A stretch of 64,000 nucleotides of DNA, taken from Eledone cirrhosa. Taxonomy: Eukaryota. Below are positions 63,261-64,000 of the stretch, one piece after another. How positions within the stretch are numbered: position 1 is the first letter of the stretch; each line of letters starts with the position of its first letter. Where the stretch lies: positions 82,956,001-83,020,000 of the forward strand of contig OZ024746.1 in assembly GCA_964016885.1 (NCBI GenBank), given 5' to 3'. The notes beneath the pieces were generated by a model. The model saw only the letters and a list, made by a program, of their open reading frames with translations. It made no database searches and was not told the DNA's origin. Position numbers and translations under genes: made by a program.

Positions 63261-64000
63261 TATATGTATATATTTATATTATATATATAAGAATCATTTG
63301 TTAAGTTACGTTCCAACATCAACGTAATGGGAAAGTTAGTTATATTTCTAAATCCTTCCGAATTCTTAAATATAATCAAAATTATTTGAAAACCTCAAAT
63401 ATGATAACAAAATGGTTAAAAATTCCAGCCTGAATATTAATCTTGAAAACGGGGGAATAAAATATGTCAACCGCGGTTTAAATTAATTATTCACATGCTG
63501 TGAATGACACATCAAATGTCAGTGAAAAACACGATATTCATCGTTGATTACCACAGAATTTGTTAATATCGTAACATCATTAATTCCCTGCCAGACCCCA
63601 TAGGACAAACCTAGAATTCTGTTAATTCCAGAATATGAATAATATATTGTAAGTTTAGTTTTCTCAACCAAGCGATTTACAGTAGAGATGTGCTTCCTAC
63701 GAAAATTAAGTAAAGGATCGATATTTATATATTTCTTCTGCACAATAGTGAGCCAATTGATTTACCTTTCGAAATGTTAGATGTCCGTTAATGGATCCTA
63801 TTGATATTTTCACTTGAATATATATTGTCTATTCGCTCGACCTGATAGAAATAGCAGCCAAATCCCCATCGAATTGCGCTCTATCGTATTATAAAAGGAT
63901 GGACACATTGAACAATTAAGTCTCTGAATGTTCTATTACAAAAAGTAATACAGAGCATAACTAGAATATCTTTGATCAGAAATTTCCTCAACCATGGCTG

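Overview
Repeat-rich, AT-rich eukaryotic DNA, most likely an octopus (inferred from the tRNA-derived SINE families and the extreme TA/CA microsatellite load). There is no credible intact protein-coding gene, and almost all listed ORFs are microsatellite translations. The main signal is RNA-level. A 467-bp unit is repeated 14 times almost perfectly (36638-43142), followed by about 2.5 inverted copies (43143-44329), and the block sits between (TA)n tracts. Each unit carries a minimal type I hammerhead ribozyme (HHR), giving 16 copies in a retrozyme or Penelope pLTR-like array. At least seven other, unrelated short inserts in or beside (TA)n tracts also carry HHRs, often as fold-back inverted repeats, and two of them have a compensatory U3-A8 core. 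The window also holds a Tx1/L1-type LINE 3' end inserted in (ATCT)n with a 23-bp TSD, an R4/Dong-like relic beside (TAA)n, a hAT MITE, many SINEs and several minisatellites. All calls were made by eye; no searches or folding programs were run.
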